DNA of 64,000 nt from Escherichia coli. Lineage in GTDB: Bacteria > Pseudomonadota > Gammaproteobacteria > Enterobacterales > Enterobacteriaceae. Location: NCBI RefSeq assembly GCF_048403405.1, contig NZ_CP183129.1. One strand, written 5' to 3'. The position numbers were made by a program, and so were the translations under genes. Shown in pieces: positions 23,401 to 39,262 of this stretch (positions within the stretch are counted from its first letter, which is position 1; each line of letters starts with the position of its first letter). Below the pieces are notes generated by a model. That model made no database searches. It had not been told where the DNA came from and saw nothing but the letters and a program-made list of their open reading frames with translations.

Positions 23401-24633
23401 CACCACCCGCTTCAGCCCGCCTTCGCCCTGCGTGTGCAGCACTTCACGGCGGTCCAGACTGTCGGTGATGGTGATGCGGTCTTTCTCATACTGATACGTG
23501 TAGCTTAAGCCTGCCGGGTTTAGCTGCTCTGTCACCCGCCCGTCGCTGTCGTAACGGTAACGGATTTCCGGCCGGCCCGCGCGGCGGTGCGCCACCATCC
23601 GGCCCCGGTATTTATCATCGTAAGTAAAGCTGCGCACCTGTTTGCCACTGCGGTCATACACCGCCGCCAGTTCGCCGCGTGGCGTCCAGCCATAGCGCAC
23701 CAGCGGCGCGGCAGGTAAATTCTCCGGGTATTCAGGGTCGTGTGTCAGCCACACGGCAGACAGACGGATACCGTTGTCCCGGCCATATTCCGTGTAGTCC
23801 GGCAGGGTATCAGGAAAAGCGGACGGTTCCGTCCCGCCGGAAGTGGCCTTCTGCCGGGCCTCTTCTGCCCGCTGCGCCTGCGTGGTCAGTACCAGCCGGA
23901 AGTGACGCCCGGCACCATCCGTCACGCCGGTGATTTCGCCGCTGAATTCACCGCCAGCCTCACGGTGAAACGTCTGTGTGCGCCCGAAGCGGTCCACCAG
24001 CCCGGTCAGTACCCGGTACGGCGGCAGCGGCGCGGGCAGCACCTCATCCGCCTCCGGCACCTGCTCACACCAGCCGAGTACCCACCACGGCCCCTGCGGA
24101 CTGTTTGTCGCCAGATAACGATGCGGACTCAGGCGGAGTTCTTCCGGCAGCGCCTGCCAGAGTGCGGCCAGCCGGTGACCTTCATCCAGTTTCAGGACAC
24201 CGCCACGCACCAGCCAGAGTGATTCGCTGCGGCTGTAACCGTCCTCACCGGGAAACAGGTGCTCAAAATACAGGCTCCTGCCGCCGTTATCACTGAGTAT
24301 CAGTGTGTTATCGCGCAGCTGTAGGCGGATATCCGCAGGCATTTTCCAGCCGGGGCCGAGGCTCCCCACCGGCGCGGGCGTTTTTGTCCGGTAACTGCTG
24401 TAGGTGCGGGAGAGGATGAACGGCAGCGGGCCGGGCAGGGCAAGGTCGGTTTCGCCGGGAAGGACCTTCGCACCGAGCAGCGGATTGACCGGATGGCCGG
24501 ACGTCACCCCGCCGGGGCACACCGAACAGGCCACGCCGGTGGGGGCACCAATACGTACCCCGGCAGAACCCTGAACAATGCTACCGCCATACTGCGTCAT
24601 GTCGCCCTGACGCGCCGCCGGTTTTCCGCTCAT
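20404..24633 (-). CDS. rhs: Rhs-family polymorphic toxin (PAAR-like N-terminus, YD repeats, core ending PxxxxDPxGL, variable C-terminal toxin tip)
   Basis: 1409 aa; N-terminus [31 protein letters not shown]; many YD-type repeats; ...[14 protein letters not shown] followed by a ~162 aa AT-rich tip. Confidence 0.9.
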   Translation of the reverse strand: MSGKPAARQGDMTQYGGSIVQGSAGVRIGAPTGVACSVCPGGVTSGHPVNPLLGAKVLPGETDLALPGPLPFILSRTYSSYRTKTPAPVGSLGPGWKMPADIRLQLRDNTLILSDNGGRSLYFEHLFPGEDGYSRSESLWLVRGGVLKLDEGHRLAALWQALPEELRLSPHRYLATNSPQGPWWVLGWCEQVPEADEVLPAPLPPYRVLTGLVDRFGRTQTFHREAGGEFSGEITGVTDGAGRHFRLVLTTQAQRAEEARQKATSGGTEPSAFPDTLPDYTEYGRDNGIRLSAVWLTHDPEYPENLPAAPLVRYGWTPRGELAAVYDRSGKQVRSFTYDDKYRGRMVAHRRAGRPEIRYRYDSDGRVTEQLNPAGLSYTYQYEKDRITITDSLDRREVLHTQGEGGLKRVVKKEHADGSVAQSQFDAVGRLKAQTDAAGRTTEYSPDVVTGLITRITTPDGRASAFYYNHHNQLTSATGTDGLELRRKYDESGRLIQETAPDGDITRYRYDNPHSDFPCATEDATGSRKTMTWSRYGQLLSFTDCSGYVTRYDHDRFGQVTTVHREEGLSQYRAYDSRGQLIAVKDMQGHETRYEYNAAGDLTAVIAPDDSRNGTQYDAWGKAIRTTQGGLTRSMEYDAAGRVIRLTSENGSHTTFRYDVLDRLIQETGFDGRTQRYHHDLTGKLIRSEDEGLVTHWHYDEADRITQRTVNGETAEQWRYDERGWLTGISHLSEGHRVTVHYGYDEKGRLTGERQTVHHPQTEALLWQHETRHAYNAQGLANRCIPDSLPAVEWLTYGSGWLSGMKLGDTPLVDFTRDRLHRETLRSFGRYELTTAYTSAGQLQSQHLNSLQYDRDYTWNDNGELIRISSPRQTRSYSYSDTGRLTGVHTTAANLDIRIPYATDPAGNRLPDPELHPDSTLSMWPDNRIARDAHYLYRYDRHGRLTEKTDLIPEGVIRTDDERTHRYHYDSRHRLVHYTRTQYAEPLVESRYLYDPLGRRVAKRVWRRERDLTGWMSLSRKPEVTWYGWDGDRLTTIQNDRTRIQTVYQPGSFTPLIRVETATGELAKTQRRSLADALQQSGGEDGGSVVFPPVLVQMLDRLESEILTDRVSEESRRWLASCGLTVEQIQNQMDPVYTPARKIHLYHCDHRGLPLALVSTEGATEWCAEYDEWGNLLNEENPHQLQQLIRLPGQQYDEESGLYYNRHRYYDPLQGRYITQDPIGLKGGWNFYQYPLDPVINVDPQGLVDINLYPESDLIHSVADEINIPGVFTIGGHGTPTSIESATRSIMTAKDLAYLIKFDGNYKDGMTVWLFSCNTGKGQNSFASQLAKELHTNVIGPDTLWTWWGRGTNGKLKMDTVLTAPTNLNSNKDLMAITTKDLGNWITYGPSGHPISNMQGTPEKPSDIR
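20946..21938 (-). repeat. ~1.0 kb direct repeat (main rhs copy) shared with the orphan rhs-CT
   Basis: Near-identical to 16606..17608. Confidence 0.8.
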
Positions 24634-24752
24634 CGTAAAATCCTTTTGAAATAAATAAGAACCAGAAGCCTAGCGCCAGTCAACAACAGGAAATGATAAT
24701 GAGTTAACACCCCGGAATTTTTCAGAATTTATAAAAGGCAAATTACAGGCAC

Positions 24753-24779
24753 AAAAAAAGCGCCGTGCGGCGCTTTTTT
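24753..24779 (-). terminator. rho-independent terminator of rpmE (bidirectional hairpin)
   Basis: aaaaaaa-gcgccg-tgc-ggcgc-tttttt. Confidence 0.7.
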
Positions 24780-24792
24780 CGGAAATCCGGTC

Positions 24793-25044
<252 letters not shown>

Positions 25045-25048
25045 CTAA

Positions 25049-27406
<2,358 letters not shown>

Positions 27407-27561
27407 ACCGCTCACGATGCGAGGCGGATCGAAAAATTCAATATTCATCACACTTTTCATGAAAATTCTGTAACCGTTTTCACGCGCTATCTGCTAAAAA
27501 TGTTGCCGATGTGAAGTAAACATGGATGTAGTACGCCTGACGTGCCAGGCGAGGAGTGAGT

Positions 27562-28587
27562 GTGAAAGCGAAGAAGCAGGAAACTGCCGCGACCATGAAA
27601 GACGTTGCCCTCAAGGCAAAAGTCTCTACAGCGACTGTCTCCCGAGCATTAATGAATCCCGATAAAGTCTCCCAGGCCACCCGTAATCGGGTTGAAAAAG
27701 CGGCCCGGGAAGTGGGTTATTTACCGCAGCCTATGGGGCGCAACGTCAAGCGTAATGAATCCCGCACCATTCTGGTGATTGTCCCGGATATCTGCGATCC
27801 CTTCTTTAGCGAAATTATTCGCGGTATCGAAGTTACGGCGGCAAATCACGGATATCTGGTGCTGATTGGCGACTGTGCGCATCAAAATCAGCAGGAAAAA
27901 ACCTTTATCGATTTGATCATCACCAAGCAAATTGATGGCATGTTGCTGCTGGGTTCAAGGCTGCCGTTTGATGCCAGCATTGAGGAACAGCGTAATCTGC
28001 CGCCGATGGTGATGGCGAACGAATTTGCACCGGAACTGGAGCTGCCTACCGTTCATATCGACAATCTGACCGCCGCATTTGATGCAGTAAATTATTTATA
28101 TGAGCAAGGGCATAAACGGATTGGCTGTATAGCCGGTCCCGAAGAGATGCCGCTGTGTCACTACCGCCTGCAAGGCTATGTTCAGGCGCTGCGTCGCTGC
28201 GGCATTATGGTTGATCCGCAATACATCGCCCGTGGCGACTTCACCTTCGAAGCCGGAAGCAGAGCAATGCAACAGCTGCTTGATCTTCCACAACCGCCTA
28301 CTGCTGTCTTCTGCCATAGCGATGTGATGGCGCTCGGCGCACTTTCTCAGGCAAAACGTCAGGGGCTGAAAGTCCCGGAAGACCTTTCCATAATCGGTTT
28401 TGATAACATCGACCTGACGCAATTTTGTGATCCGCCGCTGACAACCATCGCGCAGCCGCGTTACGAAATCGGTCGGGAAGCTATGCTGTTATTGCTTGAT
28501 CAAATGCAGGGGCAACACGTTGGCAGTGGCTCTCGTTTAATGGACTGCGAACTTATCATCCGGGGATCAACACGCGCGTTACCTTAA
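27562..28587 (+). CDS. cytR: LacI-family transcriptional repressor CytR
   Basis: GTG start at 27562 (VKAKKQETAATMKDVALKAKVSTATVSRAL), 341 aa. Confidence 0.9.
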   Translation: MKAKKQETAATMKDVALKAKVSTATVSRALMNPDKVSQATRNRVEKAAREVGYLPQPMGRNVKRNESRTILVIVPDICDPFFSEIIRGIEVTAANHGYLVLIGDCAHQNQQEKTFIDLIITKQIDGMLLLGSRLPFDASIEEQRNLPPMVMANEFAPELELPTVHIDNLTAAFDAVNYLYEQGHKRIGCIAGPEEMPLCHYRLQGYVQALRRCGIMVDPQYIARGDFTFEAGSRAMQQLLDLPQPPTAVFCHSDVMALGALSQAKRQGLKVPEDLSIIGFDNIDLTQFCDPPLTTIAQPRYEIGREAMLLLLDQMQGQHVGSGSRLMDCELIIRGSTRALP

Positions 28588-28678
28588 AGTAAACCTTTAA
28601 GACTGCCGTGACTGGTCAAAGGCCCGCCGCTTAAGTAACATGGCGGGCTGACGAACGAATAAATACAGCGAAACGATA

Positions 28679-29638
28679 GTGGCACAACGAGATTATGTAC
28701 GCCGCAGCCAACCGGCACCTTCGCGGCGAAAAAAGAGCACCTCACGGAAAAAGCAACGAAATCTGCCTGCGGTTTCTCCCGCTATGGTCGCTATTGCTGC
28801 CGCCGTTCTTGTGACCTTTATCGGTGGTCTGTACTTCATTACGCATCACAAGAAAGAAGAGTCCGAGACGCTGCAAAGCCAGAAAGTGACCGGAAACGGA
28901 CTACCACCAAAACCAGAAGAACGCTGGCGCTACATTAAAGAGCTGGAAAGTCGCCAGCCGGGTGTGCGTGCGCCAACAGAACCTTCTGCCGGTGGTGAAG
29001 TGAAAACGCCGGAGCAACTGACACCAGAACAACGCCAGCTTCTTGAACAAATGCAGGCTGATATGCGCCAGCAGCCAACGCAGCTGGTTGAAGTTCCGTG
29101 GAATGAGCAGACGCCGGAACAGCGTCAGCAAACGCTACAGCGCCAGCGTCAGGCGCAGCAATTAGCGGAGCAGCAACGCCTGGCTCAGCAGTCGCGTACG
29201 ACTGAACAAAGCTGGCAGCAGCAGACGCGTACGTCGCAAGCCGCACCGGTACAGGCGCAACCGCGCCAGTCTAAACCGGCGTCTTCTCAGCAGCCGTACC
29301 AGGATCTGCTGCAAACTCCTGCGCACACGACTGCGCAGTCGAAGCCGCAGCAAGCTGCGCCAGTTGTTCGTGCCGCTGACGCGCCAAAACCGACGGCGGA
29401 GAAAAAAGACGAACGCCGCTGGATGGTGCAGTGCGGTTCGTTCAGAGGCGCGGAACAGGCAGAGACGGTACGTGCTCAGCTGGCGTTCGAAGGCTTTGAC
29501 TCGAAAATCACCACCAACAATGGCTGGAATCGTGTGGTCATTGGCCCGGTGAAAGGCAAAGAGAACGCAGACAGCACCCTCAATCGGTTGAAGATGGCGG
29601 GTCATACAAACTGCATTCGGCTCGCCGCCGGGGGTTGA
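28679..29638 (+). CDS. ftsN: cell division protein FtsN (SPOR domain)
   Basis: 319 aa; GTG start; MAQRDYVRRSQPAPSRRKKS; Q/P-rich linker. Confidence 0.9.
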   Translation: MAQRDYVRRSQPAPSRRKKSTSRKKQRNLPAVSPAMVAIAAAVLVTFIGGLYFITHHKKEESETLQSQKVTGNGLPPKPEERWRYIKELESRQPGVRAPTEPSAGGEVKTPEQLTPEQRQLLEQMQADMRQQPTQLVEVPWNEQTPEQRQQTLQRQRQAQQLAEQQRLAQQSRTTEQSWQQQTRTSQAAPVQAQPRQSKPASSQQPYQDLLQTPAHTTAQSKPQQAAPVVRAADAPKPTAEKKDERRWMVQCGSFRGAEQAETVRAQLAFEGFDSKITTNNGWNRVVIGPVKGKENADSTLNRLKMAGHTNCIRLAAGG

Positions 29639-29662
29639 AACCCTCAAAATCCCCCCCATCTA
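29634..29662 (+). promoter_or_regulatory. sigma32 heat-shock promoter of hslVU (gTTGAAA-N13-CCCCATcTA)
   Basis: Match to sigma32 -35/-10 consensus about 70 bp upstream of hslV. Confidence 0.7.
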
Positions 29663-29730
29663 TAATTGCATTATGCCCCGTACTTTTGTACGGGGTTTGT
29701 ACTCTGTATTCGTAACCAAGGGGTCAGCTC

Positions 29731-30261
29731 GTGACAACTATAGTAAGCGTACGCCGTAACGGCCATGTGGTCATCGCTGGTGATGGTCAGGCCACGTTGG
29801 GCAATACCGTAATGAAAGGCAACGTGAAAAAGGTCCGCCGTCTGTACAACGACAAAGTCATCGCGGGCTTTGCGGGCGGTACTGCGGATGCTTTTACGCT
29901 GTTCGAACTGTTTGAACGTAAACTGGAAATGCATCAGGGCCATCTGGTCAAAGCTGCCGTTGAGCTGGCGAAAGACTGGCGTACCGATCGCATGCTGCGC
30001 AAACTTGAAGCACTGCTGGCAGTCGCGGATGAAACTGCATCGCTTATCATCACCGGTAACGGTGACGTGGTGCAGCCAGAAAACGATCTTATTGCTATCG
30101 GCTCCGGCGGCCCTTACGCCCAGGCTGCGGCGCGCGCGCTGTTAGAAAACACTGAACTTAGCGCCCGTGAAATTGCTGAAAAGGCGTTGGATATTGCAGG
30201 CGACATTTGCATCTATACCAACCATTTCCACACCATCGAAGAATTAAGCTACAAAGCGTAA
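29731..30261 (+). CDS. hslV: ATP-dependent protease subunit HslV
   Basis: 176 aa [30 protein letters not shown]. Confidence 0.95.
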
Positions 30262-30270
30262 GGATCTCCC

Positions 30271-31602
30271 ATGTCTGAAATGACCCCACGCGAAATCGTC
30301 AGCGAACTGGATAAGCACATCATCGGCCAGGACAACGCCAAGCGTTCTGTGGCGATTGCTCTGCGTAACCGCTGGCGTCGCATGCAGCTCAACGAAGAGC
30401 TGCGCCATGAAGTGACTCCGAAAAATATCCTGATGATCGGCCCGACCGGTGTCGGTAAAACTGAAATCGCCCGTCGTCTGGCTAAGCTGGCGAATGCGCC
30501 GTTCATCAAAGTTGAAGCGACCAAATTCACCGAAGTGGGCTATGTCGGTAAGGAAGTGGATTCTATTATTCGCGATCTGACCGATGCCGCCGTGAAAATG
30601 GTACGCGTCCAGGCTATCGAGAAAAACCGTTATCGCGCTGAAGAACTGGCAGAAGAACGTATTCTCGACGTGCTGATCCCACCTGCTAAAAACAACTGGG
30701 GACAGACCGAACAGCAGCAGGAACCGTCCGCTGCTCGTCAGGCATTCCGCAAGAAACTGCGTGAAGGCCAGCTTGATGACAAAGAAATCGAGATCGATCT
30801 TGCCGCAGCACCGATGGGCGTTGAAATTATGGCTCCTCCGGGAATGGAAGAGATGACCAGCCAGCTGCAGTCCATGTTCCAGAACCTGGGCGGCCAGAAG
30901 CAAAAAGCACGTAAGCTGAAAATCAAAGACGCCATGAAGCTGCTGATTGAAGAAGAAGCGGCGAAACTGGTGAATCCGGAAGAGCTGAAGCAAGACGCTA
31001 TCGACGCTGTTGAGCAGCACGGGATCGTGTTTATCGACGAAATCGACAAAATCTGTAAGCGCGGCGAGTCTTCCGGTCCGGATGTTTCTCGTGAAGGTGT
31101 TCAGCGTGACCTGCTGCCGCTGGTAGAAGGTTGCACCGTTTCCACCAAACACGGGATGGTCAAAACTGACCACATTCTGTTTATCGCTTCTGGCGCGTTC
31201 CAGATTGCGAAACCGTCTGACCTGATCCCGGAACTGCAAGGTCGTCTGCCAATCCGCGTTGAGCTGCAGGCACTGACCACCAGCGACTTCGAGCGTATTC
31301 TGACCGAGCCGAATGCCTCTATTACCGTGCAGTACAAAGCACTGATGGCGACTGAAGGCGTAAATATCGAGTTTACCGACTCCGGTATTAAGCGCATCGC
31401 GGAAGCGGCATGGCAGGTGAACGAATCTACCGAAAACATCGGTGCTCGTCGTTTACATACCGTTCTGGAGCGTTTAATGGAAGAGATTTCCTACGACGCC
31501 AGCGATTTAAGCGGTCAAACCATCACTATTGACGCAGATTATGTGAGCAAACATCTGGATGCGTTGGTGGCAGATGAAGATCTGAGCCGTTTTATCCTAT
31601 AA
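30271..31602 (+). CDS. hslU: ATP-dependent protease ATPase subunit HslU
   Basis: 443 aa; Walker A GPTGVGKT. Confidence 0.95.
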
Positions 31603-31633
31603 TCGCGTTCAATCATTTTCATCATTGTTTGAT

Positions 31634-31656
31634 GGGGCTGAAAGGCCCCATTTTTA
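31634..31656 (+). terminator. rho-independent terminator after hslU
   Basis: ggggc-tgaaa-gcccc + TTTTT. Confidence 0.75.
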
Positions 31657-31668
31657 TTGGCGCGTATT

Positions 31669-32595
31669 ATGACTGAACAACAAATTAGCCGAACTCAGGC
31701 GTGGCTGGAAAGTTTACGACCTAAAACCCTCCCCCTCGCCTTTGCTGCAATTATCGTCGGGACGGCGCTGGCATGGTGGCAAGGTCACTTCGATCCGCTG
31801 GTCGCCCTGCTGGCACTGATTACCGCCGGGCTATTACAGATCCTTTCTAACCTCGCCAATGATTACGGCGATGCGGTAAAAGGCAGCGATAAACCTGACC
31901 GTATCGGACCGCTACGCGGCATGCAAAAAGGGGTCATTACCCAGCAAGAGATGAAACGGGCGCTCATTATTACCGTCGTGCTCATCTGTCTCTCCGGGCT
32001 GGCACTGGTTGCAGTGGCGTGCCATACGCTGGCCGATTTTGTCGGCTTCCTGATTCTTGGCGGGTTGTCGATCATTGCCGCTATCACCTACACCGTGGGC
32101 AATCGTCCTTATGGTTATATCGGTCTGGGTGATATTTCCGTACTGGTTTTCTTTGGCTGGTTGAGCGTCATGGGGAGCTGGTATTTACAGGCTCATACAT
32201 TGATTCCGGCACTGATCCTTCCGGCGACCGCATGCGGCCTGTTGGCAACGGCAGTACTGAACATTAATAACCTGCGTGATATCAATAGCGACCGCGAAAA
32301 TGGCAAAAACACGCTGGTGGTGCGCTTAGGTGAAGTGAACGCGCGTCGTTATCATGCCTGCCTGCTGATGGGCTCTCTGGTGTGCCTGGCGCTGTTTAAT
32401 CTCTTTTCGCTGCATAGCCTGTGGGGCTGGCTGTTCCTGCTGGCGGCACCATTACTGGTGAAGCAAGCCCGTTATGTGATGCGGGAAATGGACCCGGTGG
32501 CGATGCGACCGATGCTGGAACGCACTGTCAAGGGAGCGTTACTGACTAACCTGCTGTTTGTTTTAGGGATATTCCTAAGCCAGTGGGCAGCATAA
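31669..32595 (+). CDS. menA: 1,4-dihydroxy-2-naphthoate octaprenyltransferase
   Basis: ORF 31657..32595 trimmed to ATG 31669 (MTEQQISRTQAWLESLRPKT); 308 aa; UbiA family membrane protein. Confidence 0.9.
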   Translation: MTEQQISRTQAWLESLRPKTLPLAFAAIIVGTALAWWQGHFDPLVALLALITAGLLQILSNLANDYGDAVKGSDKPDRIGPLRGMQKGVITQQEMKRALIITVVLICLSGLALVAVACHTLADFVGFLILGGLSIIAAITYTVGNRPYGYIGLGDISVLVFFGWLSVMGSWYLQAHTLIPALILPATACGLLATAVLNINNLRDINSDRENGKNTLVVRLGEVNARRYHACLLMGSLVCLALFNLFSLHSLWGWLFLLAAPLLVKQARYVMREMDPVAMRPMLERTVKGALLTNLLFVLGIFLSQWAA

Positions 32596-32687
32596 CTGAC
32601 AAATATCAATTAACAATTGATGATTTTGCCAACAGCCTACATAGCGCGATATACTGAAAATTCTCGCAGCAACTGAATGTTAAGCCT

Positions 32688-33173
32688 ATGAAATACGATA
32701 CTTCCGAGCTTTGTGACATCTATCAAGAAGATGTTAACGTCGTGGAACCGCTGTTCTCCAACTTTGGCGGACGGGCGTCGTTTGGCGGACAAATAATCAC
32801 GGTAAAATGTTTCGAGGACAACGGGTTGCTGTACGATCTGCTCGAACAGAATGGCCGTGGTCGTGTTCTTGTCGTCGATGGCGGTGGTTCTGTTCGTCGC
32901 GCACTGGTCGATGCTGAACTGGCGCGTCTGGCAGTACAAAATGAATGGGAAGGTCTGGTCATTTACGGCGCGGTGCGTCAGGTAGATGACCTGGAAGAGT
33001 TGGATATCGGCATCCAGGCGATGGCGGCAATTCCGGTTGGTGCCGCTGGCGAAGGCATTGGCGAAAGCGATGTCCGCGTCAATTTTGGCGGTGTCACCTT
33101 CTTCTCCGGCGACCATCTTTATGCCGACAATACCGGGATTATTCTTTCTGAAGATCCGTTGGATATTGAATGA
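32688..33173 (+). CDS. rraA: RNase E inhibitor RraA
   Basis: 161 aa [23 protein letters not shown]. Confidence 0.95.
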
Positions 33174-33176
33174 TAG

Positions 33177-33202
33177 AAAAGGCACCGCAAGGTGCCTTTT
33201 TT
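33177..33202. terminator. bidirectional rho-independent terminator between rraA and zapB
   Basis: aaaa-ggcacc-gcaa-ggtgcc-tttttt. Confidence 0.75.
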
Positions 33203-33257
33203 CTGCGTTACCTGTTGGCCTACACAGTAAAGAAATTACGCGAAAGATGAAGCGTAA

Positions 33258-33551
<294 letters not shown>

Positions 33552-33699
33552 TTACCGGTGACGCCTTAATAAATACGAGCGCACTTTAGTTAGCTCCGAT
33601 TGTATGAAGCCGCGCCATCGCTGTCCAGCGGCACGCCTTGCAGATTACGGTTTGCCACACTTTTCATCCTTCTCCTGGAGACATAATCCACACCAATCG

Positions 33700-33927
33700 A
33701 AAATGTTAATAAATTTGTTGCGTGAATGATCTAACAAACATGCATCATGTACAATCAGATGGAATAAATGGCGCGATAACGCTCATTTTATGACGAAGCA
33801 CACACATTTTAAGTTCGATATTTCTCGTTTTTGCTCGTTAACGATAAGTTTACAGCATGCCTACAAGCATCGTGGAGGTCCGTGACTTTCACGCATACAA
33901 CAAACATTAACTCTTCAGGATCCGATT
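33700..33927 (+). promoter_or_regulatory. glpFKX promoter region (GlpR operators and CRP site expected; not individually resolved)
   Basis: Position upstream of glpF; assignment from established operon knowledge only. Confidence 0.3.
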
Positions 33928-36304
<2,377 letters not shown>

Positions 36305-36438
36305 TGTAAATGCCGGATGAAGCGTTTATGCCGCATCCGGTAGTCCTGAATCGTGCGGGGGCAACCCCGCACACATCAATAATCCCGCCCTTCCCCTGTG
36401 CTACACTTCGCGCCATTCCTTACTGCTTAGAGTTTGCT

Positions 36439-37449
36439 ATGAGACGAGAACTTGCCATCGAATTTTCCCGCGTCACCGAATCTGCGGCGCTGGCTGGCTA
36501 CAAATGGTTAGGACGCGGCGATAAAAACACCGCGGACGGCGCAGCGGTAAACGCCATGCGTATTATGCTCAACCAGGTCAACATTGACGGCACCATCGTT
36601 ATTGGTGAAGGTGAAATCGACGAAGCACCGATGCTCTACATTGGTGAAAAAGTCGGTACTGGTCGCGGCGACGCGGTAGATATTGCTGTTGATCCGATTG
36701 AAGGCACGCGCATGACGGCGATGGGCCAGGCTAACGCGCTGGCGGTGCTGGCAGTAGGCGATAAAGGCTGTTTCCTCAACGCGCCAGATATGTATATGGA
36801 GAAGCTGATCGTCGGACCGGGAGCCAAAGGCACCATTGATCTGAACCTGCCGCTGGCGGATAACCTGCGCAATGTAGCGGCGGCGCTCGGCAAACCGTTG
36901 AGCGAACTGACGGTAACGATTCTGGCTAAACCACGCCACGATGCCGTTATCGCTGAAATGCAGCAACTCGGCGTACGCGTATTTGCTATTCCGGATGGCG
37001 ACGTTGCGGCCTCAATTCTCACCTGTATGCCAGACAGCGAAGTTGACGTGCTGTACGGTATTGGTGGCGCGCCGGAAGGCGTGGTTTCTGCGGCGGTGAT
37101 CCGCGCATTAGATGGTGACATGAACGGTCGTCTGCTGGCGCGTCATGACGTCAAAGGCGACAACGAAGAGAATCGTCGCATTGGCGAGCAGGAGCTGGCA
37201 CGCTGCAAAGCAATGGGCATCGAAGCCGGTAAAGTATTACGTCTGGGCGATATGGCACGCAGCGATAACGTCATCTTTTCTGCCACCGGTATTACCAAAG
37301 GCGATCTGCTGGAAGGCATTAGCCGCAAAGGCAATATCGCGACTACCGAAACGCTGCTGATCCGCGGCAAGTCACGCACCATTCGCCGCATTCAGTCCAT
37401 CCACTATCTGGATCGCAAAGACCCGGAAATGCAGGTGCACATTCTCTGA
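36439..37449 (+). CDS. glpX: fructose-1,6-bisphosphatase class II GlpX
   Basis: ORF 36310..37449 trimmed to ATG 36439 (MRRELAIEFSRVTESAALAG); 336 aa. Confidence 0.9.
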   Translation: MRRELAIEFSRVTESAALAGYKWLGRGDKNTADGAAVNAMRIMLNQVNIDGTIVIGEGEIDEAPMLYIGEKVGTGRGDAVDIAVDPIEGTRMTAMGQANALAVLAVGDKGCFLNAPDMYMEKLIVGPGAKGTIDLNLPLADNLRNVAAALGKPLSELTVTILAKPRHDAVIAEMQQLGVRVFAIPDGDVAASILTCMPDSEVDVLYGIGGAPEGVVSAAVIRALDGDMNGRLLARHDVKGDNEENRRIGEQELARCKAMGIEAGKVLRLGDMARSDNVIFSATGITKGDLLEGISRKGNIATTETLLIRGKSRTIRRIQSIHYLDRKDPEMQVHIL

Positions 37450-37470
37450 GTGATTTGATCGATTGAGCCT

Positions 37471-37498
37471 TCCAGTCCTTCGGGACTGGAATTTTTTT
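37471..37498 (+). terminator. rho-independent terminator after glpX
   Basis: tccagtcc-ttcg-ggactgga + TTTTTTT. Confidence 0.8.
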
Positions 37499-37545
37499 GT
37501 TCGGAGAACGAAGATAAGGCAAGTCAATCAAAACAGGAGAAAAAC

Positions 37546-38292
37546 ATGGCTGATTGGGTAACAGGCAAAGTCACTAAAGTGCAGAACTGGACCGACGCCC
37601 TGTTTAGTCTCACCGTTCACGCCCCCGTGCTTCCGTTTACCGCCGGGCAATTCACCAAGCTTGGCCTTGAAATTGACGGCGAACGCGTCCAGCGCGCCTA
37701 CTCCTATGTTAACTCGCCCGATAATCCGGATCTGGAGTTTTACCTGGTCACCGTCCCCGATGGCAAATTAAGCCCGCGACTGGCGGCACTGAAACCGGGC
37801 GATGAAGTGCAGGTGGTTAGCGAAGCCGCTGGCTTCTTTGTTCTGGATGAAGTACCAGATTGCGAAACGCTATGGATGCTGGCAACCGGTACAGCGATTG
37901 GCCCTTATTTATCGATTCTGCAACTGGGCAAAGATTTAGATCGCTTCAAAAATCTGGTCCTGGTTCACGCCGCACGTTATGCCGCCGACTTAAGCTATTT
38001 GCCACTGATGCAAGAACTGGAAAAACGCTACGAAGGCAAACTGCGCATTCAGACGGTGGTCAGTCGGGAAACGTCGGCGGGATCGCTCACCGGGCGGATA
38101 CCGGCGTTAATTGAAAGTGGTGAACTGGAAAGCGCGGTTGGCCTGCCGATGAATAAAGAAACCAGCCATGTGATGCTGTGCGGCAATCCACAGATGGTGC
38201 GCGATACGCAACAGTTACTGAAAGAGACCCGGCAGATGACGAAACATTTACGTCGCCGACCGGGCCATATGACAGCGGAGCATTACTGGTAA
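37546..38292 (+). CDS. fpr: ferredoxin/flavodoxin-NADP+ reductase
   Basis: 248 aa MADWVTGKVTKVQNWTDALFSLTVHAP. Confidence 0.95.
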   Translation: MADWVTGKVTKVQNWTDALFSLTVHAPVLPFTAGQFTKLGLEIDGERVQRAYSYVNSPDNPDLEFYLVTVPDGKLSPRLAALKPGDEVQVVSEAAGFFVLDEVPDCETLWMLATGTAIGPYLSILQLGKDLDRFKNLVLVHAARYAADLSYLPLMQELEKRYEGKLRIQTVVSRETSAGSLTGRIPALIESGELESAVGLPMNKETSHVMLCGNPQMVRDTQQLLKETRQMTKHLRRRPGHMTAEHYW

Positions 38293-38296
38293 GCGG

Positions 38297-38725
38297 TTAC
38301 TTATCGATAAACGGCACGATGAGCAAATCCGCACTCAACTTATTGATCATCCCGCGATATGCCGGCATCAAACGGTTGATAAATGAGTGGTGATGACCAC
38401 AGACAAGGAGGTCGCACTGCTCTTTTTGCATAATTTCCAGCAGTGTTTCCGGCATTTCTCCGCGTTCAATACGCAGTTTTGTCTTCGGCCATTGAATATT
38501 TTTCGTCAGTTTATACAGCTTGTTATCCGACTTATTCTTCAACAATTGAAGAATATCTTCTGTTGCAGGGAAGTAGATACCCGGATACAACTCGCTTAAG
38601 CCATCATCAATATGAATTAACGTCAGGTGAGCGTCATTATGTCTGGCGAGCTCCAGGGCTTTATTCACCAGTAAGGCATCTTCTTCATTCCCGGAAATTG
38701 CCACGCCAATGTGTTTATAAGCCAT
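38297..38725 (-). CDS. uspD: universal stress protein D
   Basis: 142 aa [28 protein letters not shown]. Confidence 0.9.
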   Translation of the reverse strand: MAYKHIGVAISGNEEDALLVNKALELARHNDAHLTLIHIDDGLSELYPGIYFPATEDILQLLKNKSDNKLYKLTKNIQWPKTKLRIERGEMPETLLEIMQKEQCDLLVCGHHHSFINRLMPAYRGMINKLSADLLIVPFIDK

Positions 38726-38751
38726 GTTTAACTCCTTCTAAAGCAACTCCA

Positions 38752-39051
38752 TCAAGCTAACGAACGCAGTGATAACTCAAAAATAATCATCTCGGCCTGG
38801 CATGAGAAGGTGAAGGCCGCATCAAGCTCAACTTGCCCTTCCAGATCCTTAATCTTATAGGCCACGCTGGCCCCTTCATCTGCAGAGGATGCAGCGGCGG
38901 CAAGCTCTTTCAGTTTGGTCATAAAGGACTCTGCTTCTTCGCGGGTGGCAAAAAAACGCGAAAACTTACTGGTACAGTTGTCGTTATCAATCACCGTACC
39001 GATATCAATCGCACATCCTTTAGTACTGCATTTATCTACGACATCTTTCAT
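38752..39051 (-). CDS. yiiS: UPF0381-family protein YiiS
   Basis: 99 aa [30 protein letters not shown]. Confidence 0.8.
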   Translation of the reverse strand: MKDVVDKCSTKGCAIDIGTVIDNDNCTSKFSRFFATREEAESFMTKLKELAAAASSADEGASVAYKIKDLEGQVELDAAFTFSCQAEMIIFELSLRSLA

Positions 39052-39262
39052 AGGGCACCTCTGTATATTCGCCTCTCTGTCGATTACGACTTAAGAATAA
39101 TGCGCCGTTAAGGGAAGAACAAACAAGTAATGATCTTATGGATTACCATTTTTTTTGATATTGCTTAAGGTGAAGAGTTCAGAAGGATTTTCCGGGCATT
39201 GTCATTTGCATCGTGGAAATAACAATCCCGGAAAAAAATAGCAGTAAGAGATATATTAAAGG

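Noticed and set aside
20899-23508. Several long plus-strand ORFs (226, 192, 160, 139 aa, and others) inside the rhs gene, and the same set inside the orphan copy (16683..17648)
   Set aside because: They are antisense to the strongly supported rhs frame, GC-rich and Arg/Pro/Ala-biased, and duplicated only because the rhs core is duplicated; they are frame artefacts of a high-GC repetitive coding region.
30244-31239. 331-aa minus-strand ORF antisense to hslU; similar long antisense ORFs in gldA (885..1553), priA (26481..27248), tpiA (40523..41122), pfkA (43582..44310), kdgT (49538..50104), rraA (32637..33185)
   Set aside because: Each lies entirely within a well-supported conserved gene on the other strand, has no RBS context and low-complexity composition.
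36312-36343. Hairpin after glpK (gccggatg...catccggt) as a defined terminator or REP
   Set aside because: Imperfect stem and no T-run; it may be a REP-like stabiliser but the evidence is too weak to list as a feature.
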